A DNA stretch of 34,477 nucleotides, taken from positions 1 to 34,477 of the forward strand of contig JANOXZ010000553.1 in NCBI GenBank assembly GCA_031418695.1. Reading direction: 5' to 3'. How positions within the stretch are numbered: position 1 is the first letter of the stretch; every line of letters begins with the position of its first letter. The notes below the pieces were generated by a model. That model had not been told where the DNA came from, ran no database searches, and saw only the letters and a program-made list of their open reading frames with translations. The position numbers and the translations under genes were made by a program. The DNA comes from Synechococcales cyanobacterium VAR_35_metabat_10. Lineage in GTDB: Bacteria; Cyanobacteriota; Cyanobacteriia; Cyanobacteriales; Chamaesiphonaceae. Of this stretch, positions 10,004 to 21,043 are shown in pieces.

Positions 10004-10032
10004 AAAAAGCCCTGCAATTGCAGGGCTTTTTA
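10004..10032. terminator. Bidirectional intrinsic terminator between the convergent mscL and oxidoreductase genes
   Basis: Perfect hairpin AGCCCTGC-AATT-GCAGGGCT (10008-10027), flanked by an A-run on the 5' side and a T-run on the 3' side. Confidence 0.75.
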
Positions 10033-10044
10033 TTTGGCCTAAAT

Positions 10045-11106
10045 CTAAGCTTCTGTCAGCACCATAGAAGGCTGCCAAACTTTGCCATCGAGCGCCATTT
10101 GCTCAATATCGATCGCCAGTCGCAAAGCCTTGAGAGCCTGTTCTCCACCTACTGAGGGCTGATTACCACAGCGCACACAGTTCACAAAGTGCTCTAGCTC
10201 GGCATACAGCGGCTCAACGCTGCTAGTGTAGACCTTTTCGATCAGGCCATCTTGACGATATAAACCTTGCTGAAAATCGTTGAACTTATCGCCGTTGTGA
10301 CGGTGGATCGAGATCTCGTTATTCAAGAAGTTAGCGCGAGTCAGAGAATGACGGCAATGGGCATCGATGCTGCGGGTTTTGCGGTGAGTTACTTTACTGG
10401 CCGTTAGCGTAGCCACCACGCCGTTAGCAAAGCCCAAAGTAGCTGTTACATAGTCTAGGTACTTAGAGGACTCTCCACTGCGGCTACCGCTGGCCGTGAG
10501 GCCAACTACGGGTGCCCCGGCTAGCTCCATCAACAAATCGATGTCATGAATCATTAAGTCTAAGACCACCGACACATCGTTTGCGCGGTTACTGTAAGGA
10601 CTCATCCGATGGGCTTCTAAGGCCAAGACTTTTTCAGTTTTTAGTACCTGACTTAGTTCTTGAAAGACCGGGTTGAAACGCTCAATATGACCAACCTGAA
10701 GAATTGACTGACTTTCTGCAGCGGCATTGACCAATTGTTCTGCTTCTTCGATCGTGGCCGCGATCGGTTTTTCGATTAACACGTGTATTCCTGCTTTCAG
10801 GCAGGCAATTCCTACCTCATAGTGCAGACGAGTAGGCACCGCAATACATACTGCATCAACATGCTGAATGAGTTCACGAAAATCTTCAAAAAAACGGGCT
10901 CGGTACTTGCTAGCAGTTTCCAGACCCTGTTCAACATTTACATCGGCAATACCGACGAATTTGACATCTTTAATTAAACTGAGTACCCGGGCATGGTGTT
11001 GACCCATATTCCCGACCCCGATTAAACCGACTCGCAGCAATTGCCTTGGTGCCTTGGCAGGCATGGCAGTTTCCTGTACTTTGTTTGCCGACATATTGTA
11101 TTTCAC
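10045..11106 (-). CDS. Gfo/Idh/MocA family NAD(P)-dependent oxidoreductase
   Basis: Rossmann motif VGLIGVGNMG, the family motif EKPIA, and a C-terminal alpha/beta dimerisation region. An internal Met (MPAKAP...) is a possible alternative start. Confidence 0.85.
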   Translation of the reverse strand: MKYNMSANKVQETAMPAKAPRQLLRVGLIGVGNMGQHHARVLSLIKDVKFVGIADVNVEQGLETASKYRARFFEDFRELIQHVDAVCIAVPTRLHYEVGIACLKAGIHVLIEKPIAATIEEAEQLVNAAAESQSILQVGHIERFNPVFQELSQVLKTEKVLALEAHRMSPYSNRANDVSVVLDLMIHDIDLLMELAGAPVVGLTASGSRSGESSKYLDYVTATLGFANGVVATLTASKVTHRKTRSIDAHCRHSLTRANFLNNEISIHRHNGDKFNDFQQGLYRQDGLIEKVYTSSVEPLYAELEHFVNCVRCGNQPSVGGEQALKALRLAIDIEQMALDGKVWQPSMVLTEA

Positions 11107-11456
11107 CTGAATCTACTCCTCCACCGCAGAGTGGTTAACAGTGGTCAATTTGCCGGAGATTAAGAATGTCTTTACGCCAATGAAAGTAAGAACTATCATG
11201 TGCTAAGTCATACAGCAATCACTGCGGAAATGTGACTTAAAGTGTTAGCCATCTGTTGCCAGATACTACCACAGTTGCCTTTACATTCAGGGACAGTCAG
11301 ACTGAATTTATGTTCCAGTAGACCGGGCTGAATCGGTACTGACTATTGCTGAATTGTTTAAAAGTGTTAAGTAGTGTCGCTTGATTGTAACTGATTACTT
11401 CCAGTGCAAACAAAGCTATGCCCCATTAACATTGATTCTCCTGCGCTTTTTCACTT

Positions 11457-12134
11457 ATGTCCAAAGCTGTTATTTTGCTTTCTGGTGGATTAGATTCCAC
11501 CACTGTTTTGTATCAAGCCCGTATAGACGGGTTCGATTGTTATGCTCTGTCTTTTGACTACCAACAGCGCCACCAAAAAGAGTTGGTCGCTGCTCGCAAG
11601 ATTGCGCAGGTGGCGCAGGTATCTGAGCATCGGGTAGTGGCTTTTGACCTGCGCTCTTGGGGCGGGTCGGCGCTCACCGATAGTTCGATCGAGTTACCGA
11701 TCGACCGAGACTTAGGACAAATGGCGCAGGAAATCCCTGTCACCTATGTTCCGGCGCGAAACACGATCTTTTTGAGTTTTGCCTTGGCTTATGCCGAGGC
11801 TATTCAAGCCAGCCGAGTTTATCTGGGGGTCAATGCCCTCGATTATTCTGGCTACCCAGACTGCCGACCAGAGTACATCGCGGCGATGCAGCAGGTCTTT
11901 GATTTGGGCACCAAACAAGGATTGGGTGGCAACGGCATTCAAATTGCCGCACCGTTAATCAATCTGCACAAAACTGAAATTATTCAGCTCGGCAACCGGC
12001 TGGGGGTGTCTTGGGCAGACACTTGGTCTTGTTATGATGGCGGTGAGTTGGCCTGTGGAGTCTGTGACTCTTGCCAACTGCGCTTGGCTGCTTTTGCCGA
12101 GCTGGGATTGGTCGATCCAGTGGCTTATCGGTGA
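11457..12134 (+). CDS. queC: 7-cyano-7-deazaguanine synthase
   Basis: PP-loop [10 protein letters not shown], the YVPARN motif, and the C-terminal zinc-cysteine cluster SCY...[10 protein letters not shown]. Confidence 0.93.
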   Translation: MSKAVILLSGGLDSTTVLYQARIDGFDCYALSFDYQQRHQKELVAARKIAQVAQVSEHRVVAFDLRSWGGSALTDSSIELPIDRDLGQMAQEIPVTYVPARNTIFLSFALAYAEAIQASRVYLGVNALDYSGYPDCRPEYIAAMQQVFDLGTKQGLGGNGIQIAAPLINLHKTEIIQLGNRLGVSWADTWSCYDGGELACGVCDSCQLRLAAFAELGLVDPVAYR

Positions 12135-12136
12135 AC

Positions 12137-13471
12137 TTAGACGACATCCAAGGGAATAATCGGCAGGGGGTGGCGATGAATCAGCACTCGATCGAGGCGA
12201 TTGCCATCCATACTGCTAACTGTGAAGTCTAGGTTTTGATACCTATATGGTTCCCCCACTACTGGCATTTGTTGCCATTTGTAAAGCAAAAATCCTCCAA
12301 GAGTCTGATATTCCTCAATGACGGGCAACGTGATGTTGAGAGCTGTATTTAGTTCACTGACTGAAATTTGAGCCTGTACCAAAAAAGTATCCCTGCCCGT
12401 GGAGACGATCGGTTCTAGGCGAGGATAGTCTTCTTTTTGCTTGCCTAGAATCTCGGCAATTACATCTTTGCGGGTGAGCAGACCAACCATGCCGCCATAT
12501 TCGTTGACGACCATGGCCATGGCAATGCCTGCTGTCTGCATGGGTAAGAGCACTTCATCGATCGAAGCCGATTCAAAAAATAGATGTAATGGGCGAATAC
12601 AGCTTTTGATGGGGCTATCTAGATTTAAGCGACCAGCGGCCATCGGCTTGGCCAAGTCGCGGTAGTGAATGGTGCCGACTATTTCGTCGCTCGATCGACC
12701 GGTGACTGGGTAACGGGAAAAATTGGTGGCTGCTACTCGTTCTAAGACCAGACGCCAGGTGGCATCCATGGGCACTGTCTCCATTTGGGGCTTGGGCACC
12801 ATCACTTCGGTTAAGGTGACAGTGTTGAGGGCAAAGACTTTATCAATAATTTGGCGTTGGTTGCTTTGGAGTCCGATCGGTTCGGTGGCGATTAAGAGCT
12901 GTAATTCTTGCGTAGAGAGCTGATGCCGACTGTGCCGGTTATCATCGATGCCAAAAGCTCTTAAAAAGAGGTTGGTAGACTGATTCAGAATCCAGATTAA
13001 GGGCTGGAAAATTTTGGCAATTACCAAACTGGGAGGAGCCAATACCCGGGCAATACGCTCGGCATAAGTTAGAGCCAAAGATTTGGGAATCAGTTCGCCT
13101 AAAACAATCTGCAAATAAGCCAGCAAAATGAAAGTAAAAACAATTGCGAGCAAATTGGCTGTCGGTGAATAGCTTTTGCCCAGCCAGTGAGAAAATAACG
13201 GGGCAATTAACTGCAATACGGTGCGTTCGCCTAGCCAGCCCAAAGCCAAACTAGATAGAGTAATGCCTAGTTGAGTCGTAGATAGTAATTGGTCGATTTG
13301 GTTTTGTAAGCGTTGGACACTGCGTGATTGCAAGTCACCATCTACTACTAGTTGATTGATTCTAGAGCGGCGCACTGAGACCACTGCAAATTCTGCGGTT
13401 ACAAAAAAACCGTTGATGGCAATCAAAATCAAAACCACTGCTAACCGCAGCGCAATTTCTGGCGAGCTCAA
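12137..13471 (-). CDS. HlyC/CorC (CNNM) family transporter: DUF21 membrane domain, CBS pair and CorC_HlyC domain
   Basis: N-terminal four-TM DUF21 region (NGFFVTAEFAVVSVRRSRI, GELIPKSLA), a CBS pair (VMVPKPQM..., VVNEYGGMVGLLTRKDV) and a C-terminal transporter-associated domain. Confidence 0.9.
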   Translation of the reverse strand: MSSPEIALRLAVVLILIAINGFFVTAEFAVVSVRRSRINQLVVDGDLQSRSVQRLQNQIDQLLSTTQLGITLSSLALGWLGERTVLQLIAPLFSHWLGKSYSPTANLLAIVFTFILLAYLQIVLGELIPKSLALTYAERIARVLAPPSLVIAKIFQPLIWILNQSTNLFLRAFGIDDNRHSRHQLSTQELQLLIATEPIGLQSNQRQIIDKVFALNTVTLTEVMVPKPQMETVPMDATWRLVLERVAATNFSRYPVTGRSSDEIVGTIHYRDLAKPMAAGRLNLDSPIKSCIRPLHLFFESASIDEVLLPMQTAGIAMAMVVNEYGGMVGLLTRKDVIAEILGKQKEDYPRLEPIVSTGRDTFLVQAQISVSELNTALNITLPVIEEYQTLGGFLLYKWQQMPVVGEPYRYQNLDFTVSSMDGNRLDRVLIHRHPLPIIPLDVV

Positions 13472-13501
13472 TAGTCCTCTGTGTATAGGTTCAAATAACT
13501 A

Positions 13502-14458
13502 CTATTGTTGGTTTCCATCACCGATTGGAGCTGCTGGATTAGGAACTTCCACTGGGGGAACATCAATGGGGGCTGGGGGATTAACCGGTGCCACATTCAC
13601 ATTATTATTCGGTTTCGGAACGGGAGGCTTGCTGGGAGCAGCCTTAGTGCTAGGGCTGGGCTTAGGTGGAGATTTGGAGCTTGCTTTCGGAGTTGGTGAA
13701 GCGCTGGTTGGTTTTTCGGGTTTCTCCGGCTTTTCTGTTTTGGTTTTATCTTCTTTTTCCTCGGTGGTGCTGAGTTGACCATCAGGAATACTAATTTTGA
13801 TTGGGGGCTTGGCAACTGCTGCACCCATTGGCACGTCTTTGGCTTCGATTTGCAGTTTGCGATCGGCATCAGTCAGGCGGAGGGTTAGATTATTTTCTGG
13901 AGGAATTGCGGTTTTGGCTACCAATACTTTTATCCCTACCTCTTTGCCATTAGCTGCTAGAGATGGCGGAATACCTGCGGCGCTAAAGGGCACGTTTTGC
14001 TCTTTGTCTCCCACAATCGTCAACACTCCTTGGTTGAATTTGATGGGCTGGCTGCCTTGGTTGCTCAGAGCAATATCCAGTTTTAAATTAGTCCCTTCCA
14101 GCTTGGCTGATTTGATGGTCATGGTGATGCCCTGATCTTTGCTTTCGATCGGGAAAACCAAGGCCGCTTTTTCGTCTGTCTTAAATTTGGCCGCTTCCGC
14201 CTTGCGATCGATGCCCATAATATCTTGGGAATCGGAGATCAACTGTTTCTCGGGCAGTACTTCTAGCCCTCGGGTTTTGGTATTTTCGGTAGTGCCTTTG
14301 TTGCTGCGGCGGATATCTGGTTGGGTTACGCCTTTCAGGGCAGCATGTCCCATAGTGAAGCCAATAATGCCGCTAAATAATCCGGCGGCCAGCATCAACA
14401 TCAACAAAACACTGGTCAGCAGCAGGGCGCGATCTTTTTTGATGTACTTCAGCTTCAT
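13502..14458 (-). CDS. Membrane-anchored protein with an Ig-like (DUF4352-like) middle region and a C-terminal Pro/Lys/Ser-rich low-complexity tail
   Basis: N-terminal TM helix (LLTSVLLMLMLAAGLFSGIIGF). The tail reads EKEDKTKTEKPEKPEKPTSASPTPKASSKSPPKPSPSTKAAPSKPPVPKP. It lies 30 bp upstream of the CorC-family gene and is co-oriented with it. Confidence 0.65.
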   Translation of the reverse strand: MKLKYIKKDRALLLTSVLLMLMLAAGLFSGIIGFTMGHAALKGVTQPDIRRSNKGTTENTKTRGLEVLPEKQLISDSQDIMGIDRKAEAAKFKTDEKAALVFPIESKDQGITMTIKSAKLEGTNLKLDIALSNQGSQPIKFNQGVLTIVGDKEQNVPFSAAGIPPSLAANGKEVGIKVLVAKTAIPPENNLTLRLTDADRKLQIEAKDVPMGAAVAKPPIKISIPDGQLSTTEEKEDKTKTEKPEKPEKPTSASPTPKASSKSPPKPSPSTKAAPSKPPVPKPNNNVNVAPVNPPAPIDVPPVEVPNPAAPIGDGNQQ

Positions 14459-14706
14459 TTTTTTAGGGGAAATACTGGTGGCAGATGCACTTTGAGATAC
14501 TCAGGTGAGATGCTCAACGGTCTAGATATTCACCATAGTCTACCCTGAAAATCTGGTGAAATTCGGAGAGTTTTTGGCCAGGTTTGACCAAGTTTAGGCA
14601 AATTCACAGGTAATCGATGGAACAAAGGCAGTAGAAACCAAGGAAATTCGGTAGAATATGAAGAAATATTAACCAAAATCGCCGTCACCCTTCCCTGGAG
14701 AAATGC

Positions 14707-15612
14707 ATGGAGCTGAAGAAAATAGAACGCTGGAGCCTAATCGGACATTTGGTCTCGATGGCATTTGGCCTCGCTGGGTTGTTGATTGTGTTGCCCCATG
14801 CTGATTTGATTTTACAATTGCCACCTTTCGGTCAGGGCGTTTTTCAGCTCTCGATGGCCAATGGTGGGGTGCTATACATTGTGCTGGGGACAATTGCTGT
14901 CTCAGCTTATGCCTATCGGATGTTGGGTTGGTGGCAATGGTTGAGCTTTATGGTGCCCGCGATCGCTTTGTCTTTGAGTAGCGAGTTGTTAGGTACTAGT
15001 ACCGGTTTACCTTTTGGTGATTATGGCTATCTAAACGGTTTGGGTTATAAGATTGCTGGTTTGGTGCCCTTTACTATTCCCCTGTCTTGGTTCTACTTGG
15101 GCTTTTCTTGCTATATAGTGGCGCGCGCGGGTTTTGATAATACCAATTTGCCCAACTGGCTGCGCCATACTGGGTCAATCTTTTTTGGAGCTTTGTTACT
15201 GACCTCATGGGATTTTGTGTTGGACCCAGCGATGAGTCAGACGGCAGTGCCTTTTTGGGAGTGGAAAACTCCTGGACCATTTTTTGGGATGCCTTACCTG
15301 AACTTTGCAGGCTGGATGGAAACCGGTGCGGTCTTTATGTCGGTGGCAGCTCTGCTGTGGCCAAAAGAAAGAATTACCTTGGATCGATCGCAGCTCAATT
15401 TACCAATGGCGATGTACTTGGGTAACTTTGTGTTTGCAATGGTGTTGAGTATTGGTGGCAATATTTGGATTCCGATTCTGTTGGGTATTGCTCTAGGTGT
15501 CGTGCCATTGTTTGCTCTGTGGTTTATGGCTAGAGTACCTGGGGAAGACCCGATTGACGGTGAGGCGGTAATCGATTCCACTAAGTTTGATGAAGTGCTA
15601 GGCGAAACTTAG
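14707..15612 (+). CDS. cruF: Carotenoid biosynthesis protein (DUF422/Caroten_synth family, CruF-like carotenoid 1',2'-hydratase)
   Basis: Polytopic membrane protein carrying the family-typical SWDFVLDPAMS ... FFGMPYLNFAGW block. The symbol is assigned by family resemblance only. Confidence 0.7.
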   Translation: MELKKIERWSLIGHLVSMAFGLAGLLIVLPHADLILQLPPFGQGVFQLSMANGGVLYIVLGTIAVSAYAYRMLGWWQWLSFMVPAIALSLSSELLGTSTGLPFGDYGYLNGLGYKIAGLVPFTIPLSWFYLGFSCYIVARAGFDNTNLPNWLRHTGSIFFGALLLTSWDFVLDPAMSQTAVPFWEWKTPGPFFGMPYLNFAGWMETGAVFMSVAALLWPKERITLDRSQLNLPMAMYLGNFVFAMVLSIGGNIWIPILLGIALGVVPLFALWFMARVPGEDPIDGEAVIDSTKFDEVLGET

Positions 15613-15690
15613 GCTTAGATTCTTTGGGGTCTGGAAGGGAGCCGATCGACTATAATTCTGAAGTCGATCGGCTCTTAGCATTTCAAACTC

Positions 15691-16566
15691 ATGACAGATA
15701 TCAAAATTGGCATTATTGGTGGCAGTGGTCTTTACAAAATGGAGGCGTTGCAAAACGTGGCCGAAGTCCAGGTGAAGACTCCTTTTGGTGATCCTTCCGA
15801 TGCCTTGATTACCGGAGAAATAGATGGTAACAAGGTGGCTTTTATTCCTCGACATGGAAGAAATCATCATCTAACTCCTAGTGAAGTGCCCTATCGCGCC
15901 AACATCCATGCCATGAAGCAAATGGGCGTGGAGTATTTGATTTCGGCTTCGGCGGTGGGTTCGTTGCGGGCAGAAGTGAAGCCGTTGGATTTGGTGTTAC
16001 CCGATCAATTTTTAGACCGCACCAAAGGTCGGGCAGCGACTTTTTTTGGTGAAGGAGTCGTCGCCCACATTTCTTTTGGGGATCCGATTTGTCCGCAGTT
16101 GCAACAAGTTTTGGCGGACTCGATCGACTCTTTAAACCTGCCAGATATTACTTGCCACAAGGGCGGTACCTATATTTGCATGGAAGGCCCAGCTTTTTCT
16201 ACTAAGGCAGAATCGAATATGTATCGCCAGTTGGGCGGCACGATTATTGGGATGACTAATTTACCCGAAGCCAAGCTGGCACGGGAAGCGGAGATTGCCT
16301 ATGCAACTTTGGCGCTTTCCACGGACTATGACTGTTGGCATCCTGACCATGACAGTGTCACGGTGGAGATGGTGATTGCTAATTTGGGTAAGAATGCGGT
16401 GAATGCGCAGCGGGTGATTCAAGAAACTGTAAAACGCATTGCGGCTAAGCCTTTTGAATCGATCGCTCACAGTGCTTTAAAGTATGCCATCATTACACCG
16501 CCAGCAGGGATGAATCCGGCGACTAAGGAGAAGCTGAATTTGTTGATTGGCAAGTATGTGAATTAG
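15691..16566 (+). CDS. mtnP: S-methyl-5'-thioadenosine phosphorylase
   Basis: [53 protein letters not shown] and TNLPEA motifs, with a 291-aa length. Confidence 0.92.
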   Translation: MTDIKIGIIGGSGLYKMEALQNVAEVQVKTPFGDPSDALITGEIDGNKVAFIPRHGRNHHLTPSEVPYRANIHAMKQMGVEYLISASAVGSLRAEVKPLDLVLPDQFLDRTKGRAATFFGEGVVAHISFGDPICPQLQQVLADSIDSLNLPDITCHKGGTYICMEGPAFSTKAESNMYRQLGGTIIGMTNLPEAKLAREAEIAYATLALSTDYDCWHPDHDSVTVEMVIANLGKNAVNAQRVIQETVKRIAAKPFESIAHSALKYAIITPPAGMNPATKEKLNLLIGKYVN

Positions 16567-16643
16567 TGGTTAATGTCAGGGCAACTTATGGATGATGAAA
16601 TCCGATGATAAAATAGAGACAGCTTTCATCATCCTCTGTAATT

Positions 16644-16893
16644 ATGCCTCCCACCACAGAAACTGAAATAAAAGAGTTAAGAGATTTGGTTATTGGCTTA
16701 CGAGAAGAGATTCGAGTAGGTTTTGCTAAAGTGGATACCAAGTTGGCAGAGATTCAGGGTCAGATTAACGTATTGGAAGAAAGGTAAACTAGGCTTTTGG
16801 GGATTCATTGGTCGTGCCGTGATTATTGGAATTTTTGTTTTGGCCGCAGGCTTTGCTGTTAAGTATTTTTTGTTTGGTACAGTTAAGCTATAG
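16644..16893 (+). pseudogene. Frameshift-split small tail-anchored coiled-coil protein (47-aa ORF plus a 36-codon TM segment in the +1 frame)
   Basis: Frame 0 reads MPPTTETEIKELRDLVIGLREEIRVGFAKVDTKLAEIQGQINVLEER and stops at 16785-16787. The +1 frame from 16783 reads GKLGFWGFIGRAVIIGIFVLAAGFAVKYFLFGTVKL and stops at 16891-16893. Removing one A from the AAA run at 16780-16782 fuses the two into an 82-aa ORF. Confidence 0.4.
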
Positions 16894-17178
16894 AGTGAGT
16901 GTTTGGGTCATGGTGACACCTTGCTGTAGTTCTTCTATACATTCACTAATCACTCTATTTGGTAATTCAATGGTGCGATAGTCTAGGTAGGAAGAGGCGA
17001 AGACTAGGGTTTGTCGAATGTCTTCTTCTTCCAGTTCTGAAAATTCTCGAAATAGTTCAGATCGATCAAGGTAAATTGCCAGTAATTCGACTACTCGTTT
17101 AACTGTCAAACGCATGTTGCGAATACAAGGCTGACCATTCATCTGCTTAGGATTAGTGGTGATTCTATCTGCTTGCAT
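16888..17178 (-). CDS. DUF433 domain protein (antitoxin-like, orphan)
   Basis: DUF433 core NPKQMNGQPCIRNMRLTVKRVVELL ... FSELEEEDIRQTLVFASSYL. No toxin-sized ORF follows it on the minus strand. Confidence 0.75.
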   Translation of the reverse strand: MQADRITTNPKQMNGQPCIRNMRLTVKRVVELLAIYLDRSELFREFSELEEEDIRQTLVFASSYLDYRTIELPNRVISECIEELQQGVTMTQTLTL

Positions 17179-17220
17179 GGAAGATATCTAGTAATTGTTT
17201 GGAAATATCATATCAACAAT

Positions 17221-17472
17221 TTAAGGTAGTTGAAGGAAGCCGCTGCTGGAGGAAATTAAGCAATTAAGCCGTTTGTACAAAGCTGGTTTGCACATATGGA
17301 TCATGGTGATACACTTGGCGAGTGCTTCAGCAGATGCTGGCCAATTTGTATTGGTTTGGCATTGATAGTTGGTATCTCTGGCCAAATAAGTAGTGCCGAA
17401 AGCACTGGCACCAAGTTCATCTCGATCGACATCTTCAATCAAATAACGGTTTTTTAGCAGTTTCTTAGCCAT
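17221..17472 (-). pseudogene. Remnant of a Ser/Thr protein kinase N-terminus (83-aa ORF)
   Basis: LLKNRYLIED..LGASAFGTTYLARD parallels LLGDRYQTINILGAGGFATTYLAED in the intact kinase at 7209..9431. The Gly-loop is degenerate and the VAIK lysine, HRD and DFG motifs are all absent. The downstream sequence is unrelated. Confidence 0.5.
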
Positions 17473-18026
17473 GGCCTTGTCGAGTCACACACAAATCAAC
17501 CTCTAAATTATGACACCTTATCCACCAGTAATTCTAGGCCAGCAACAAAGTAGAGAAGATTAAGTTTAACCAATACAATAGCGTGAACAGACTATTGGCT
17601 TCTTAGAGAAATGGCAATATTCGCAGATTAGCTAGGAGGGTAAAGATTCGATTTTCTGTATAAGAATCTAAGCCGTACTTAAGATTCAAAGAATTTTATT
17701 TTGCAGAGATATTAAGTGTTGCAAACAGTTGTATTTTTAACTTAAAAAAGCAGGTTTAATTAGTTGTAACGTTAATTGTGGATTTTTAAGTTCCCGATCT
17801 CAATAATTAACTATTGTAAACACTGGATTGCTCAGAGCGACTCGCTGGGGGTTGATTCGTATGCACAAAATCAAGAAAATCGATATTTTTTATCGCTCTA
17901 TTACGAAGATAGTTCTATTAGAAGGTGTGAGGATAAGTAGCCAGTTCAGGGTCGTGTCTTCTACTCATCAATTTTGTAGTTAGAAAGAATCTAACTGATC
18001 TTGAATTCAAGTAAGGAGCTGAGCAA

Positions 18027-18569
18027 ATGTTATTCAATCATGAGGGTCTGTCTGTTCCTCAAGTAACCTTTCGGATGTTTATCCGGATGCTAGGGGAAGT
18101 GGGCTGGTACAGTCTTTCCACAGCAGATCTCTTTGAACACAAAACTGTGGTGGTGTTTACGGTATCGGGAGCCTTTTTCCCATATTCCTCTCTGCAACTA
18201 TCAGGCTACAACGACGCTGCCGAGGTCTTTCGATCGAACGGAGTCGATGAGATTCTGTGTATTTCGGTAAATGATCCGTTCTCGTTGGCAAATTGGGCCC
18301 AAGAAGCAGGTGCCGATCGAGTGCGCTGTATACCTGATGAAAATGGGGACTTTACCAATGCGATGGAGATGATGGTAAATCTCTCCGATCGAGGGATTGG
18401 GCAACGCTCCTGGCGCTATTCGATGCTAGTGAAAGATGGGGTTATTGAAAAAATGTTTATAGAACAAGATGGCTTTGAGGTAATGCCGATGGTTACTAAT
18501 GCCGAGACCATGTTGAACTACCTTAATACATCAATTCAGATGCAAAAAAACCCGAGCAGGCTGTGTTGA
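18027..18569 (+). CDS. Prx5-type (type II) peroxiredoxin homolog lacking the peroxidatic cysteine
   Basis: Strong AAGGAG Shine-Dalgarno at 18013-18018. Family blocks VPQVTF, KTVVVF, GVDEILCISVNDPF, DENGDFT, RSWRYSMLVKDGVIEKMFIE and AETMLNYL are present. The active-site block PGAFTPTC is replaced by SGAFFPYS, with Ser54 encoded at 18186-18188. Confidence 0.85.
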   Translation: MLFNHEGLSVPQVTFRMFIRMLGEVGWYSLSTADLFEHKTVVVFTVSGAFFPYSSLQLSGYNDAAEVFRSNGVDEILCISVNDPFSLANWAQEAGADRVRCIPDENGDFTNAMEMMVNLSDRGIGQRSWRYSMLVKDGVIEKMFIEQDGFEVMPMVTNAETMLNYLNTSIQMQKNPSRLC

Positions 18570-18675
18570 TTAACTATATTAATGCAACTGTTTTGATTCA
18601 ACTTTTTTAATTCAAAAGTGACGATGCTTGCTGTCTAAAAAAAAGGTGGCGTAGCAAAGGAAAAACATCCTATAA

Positions 18676-20886
<2,211 letters not shown>

Positions 20887-20893
20887 TAGTTGT

Positions 20894-20928
20894 AGCGTCA
20901 ATCAACTAATAACTGGTTGATTGACGCT
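20894..20928 (+). terminator. Hairpin downstream of katG (putative terminator)
   Basis: Perfect 13-bp stem, AGCGTCAATCAAC (20894-20906) pairing with GTTGATTGACGCT (20916-20928), and a 9-nt loop. It starts 8 nt after the katG stop. No T-run follows. Confidence 0.5.
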
Positions 20929-21043
20929 GAGGCTACGCAAATCCTGATTCACGATACTTCATGAAAATGTGGTGAAGATTTATATTGAGTCAATTTGTAC
21001 TAATATCGCTATTGTAGACAGATTCTCACACTCATCAAAAAAA

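Noticed and set aside
11107-11456. 350-bp divergent intergenic region upstream of queC. I checked it for a preQ1 riboswitch and for a Yfr1-like sRNA motif (ACTCCTCCACC at about 11116).
   Set aside because: I could find no preQ1-I/II-like hairpin plus A-rich tail. The Yfr1 core (ACUCCUCACAC) is not matched and lacks flanking stem-loops. Only the short word CTGAAT recurs four times, which is weak.
13356-13778. 140-aa Gly-rich plus-strand ORF, and many other track ORFs antisense to long genes (for example 9453-9860, 25686-26018, 26199-26501, 19347-19586, 55-246, 1773-1964).
   Set aside because: They lie wholly inside much longer opposite-strand ORFs that have clear family motifs. Their composition (Gly-rich opposite Pro-rich, and so on) is the mirror image of the real gene. 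They have no independent motifs.
16590-16634. 11-bp perfect inverted repeat, GGATGATGAAA ... TTTCATCATCC, with a 23-nt loop just after mtnP.
   Set aside because: It is plausibly just the mtnP terminator hairpin or the leader of the small ORF. It has no T-run and nothing else distinctive.
16888-17178. DUF433 as part of an active toxin-antitoxin or defence module.
   Set aside because: There is no partner ORF (DUF5615/PIN-like or other) on the same strand downstream. The minus-strand sequence below 16888 is full of stops. I report it only as an orphan within a degenerate islet.
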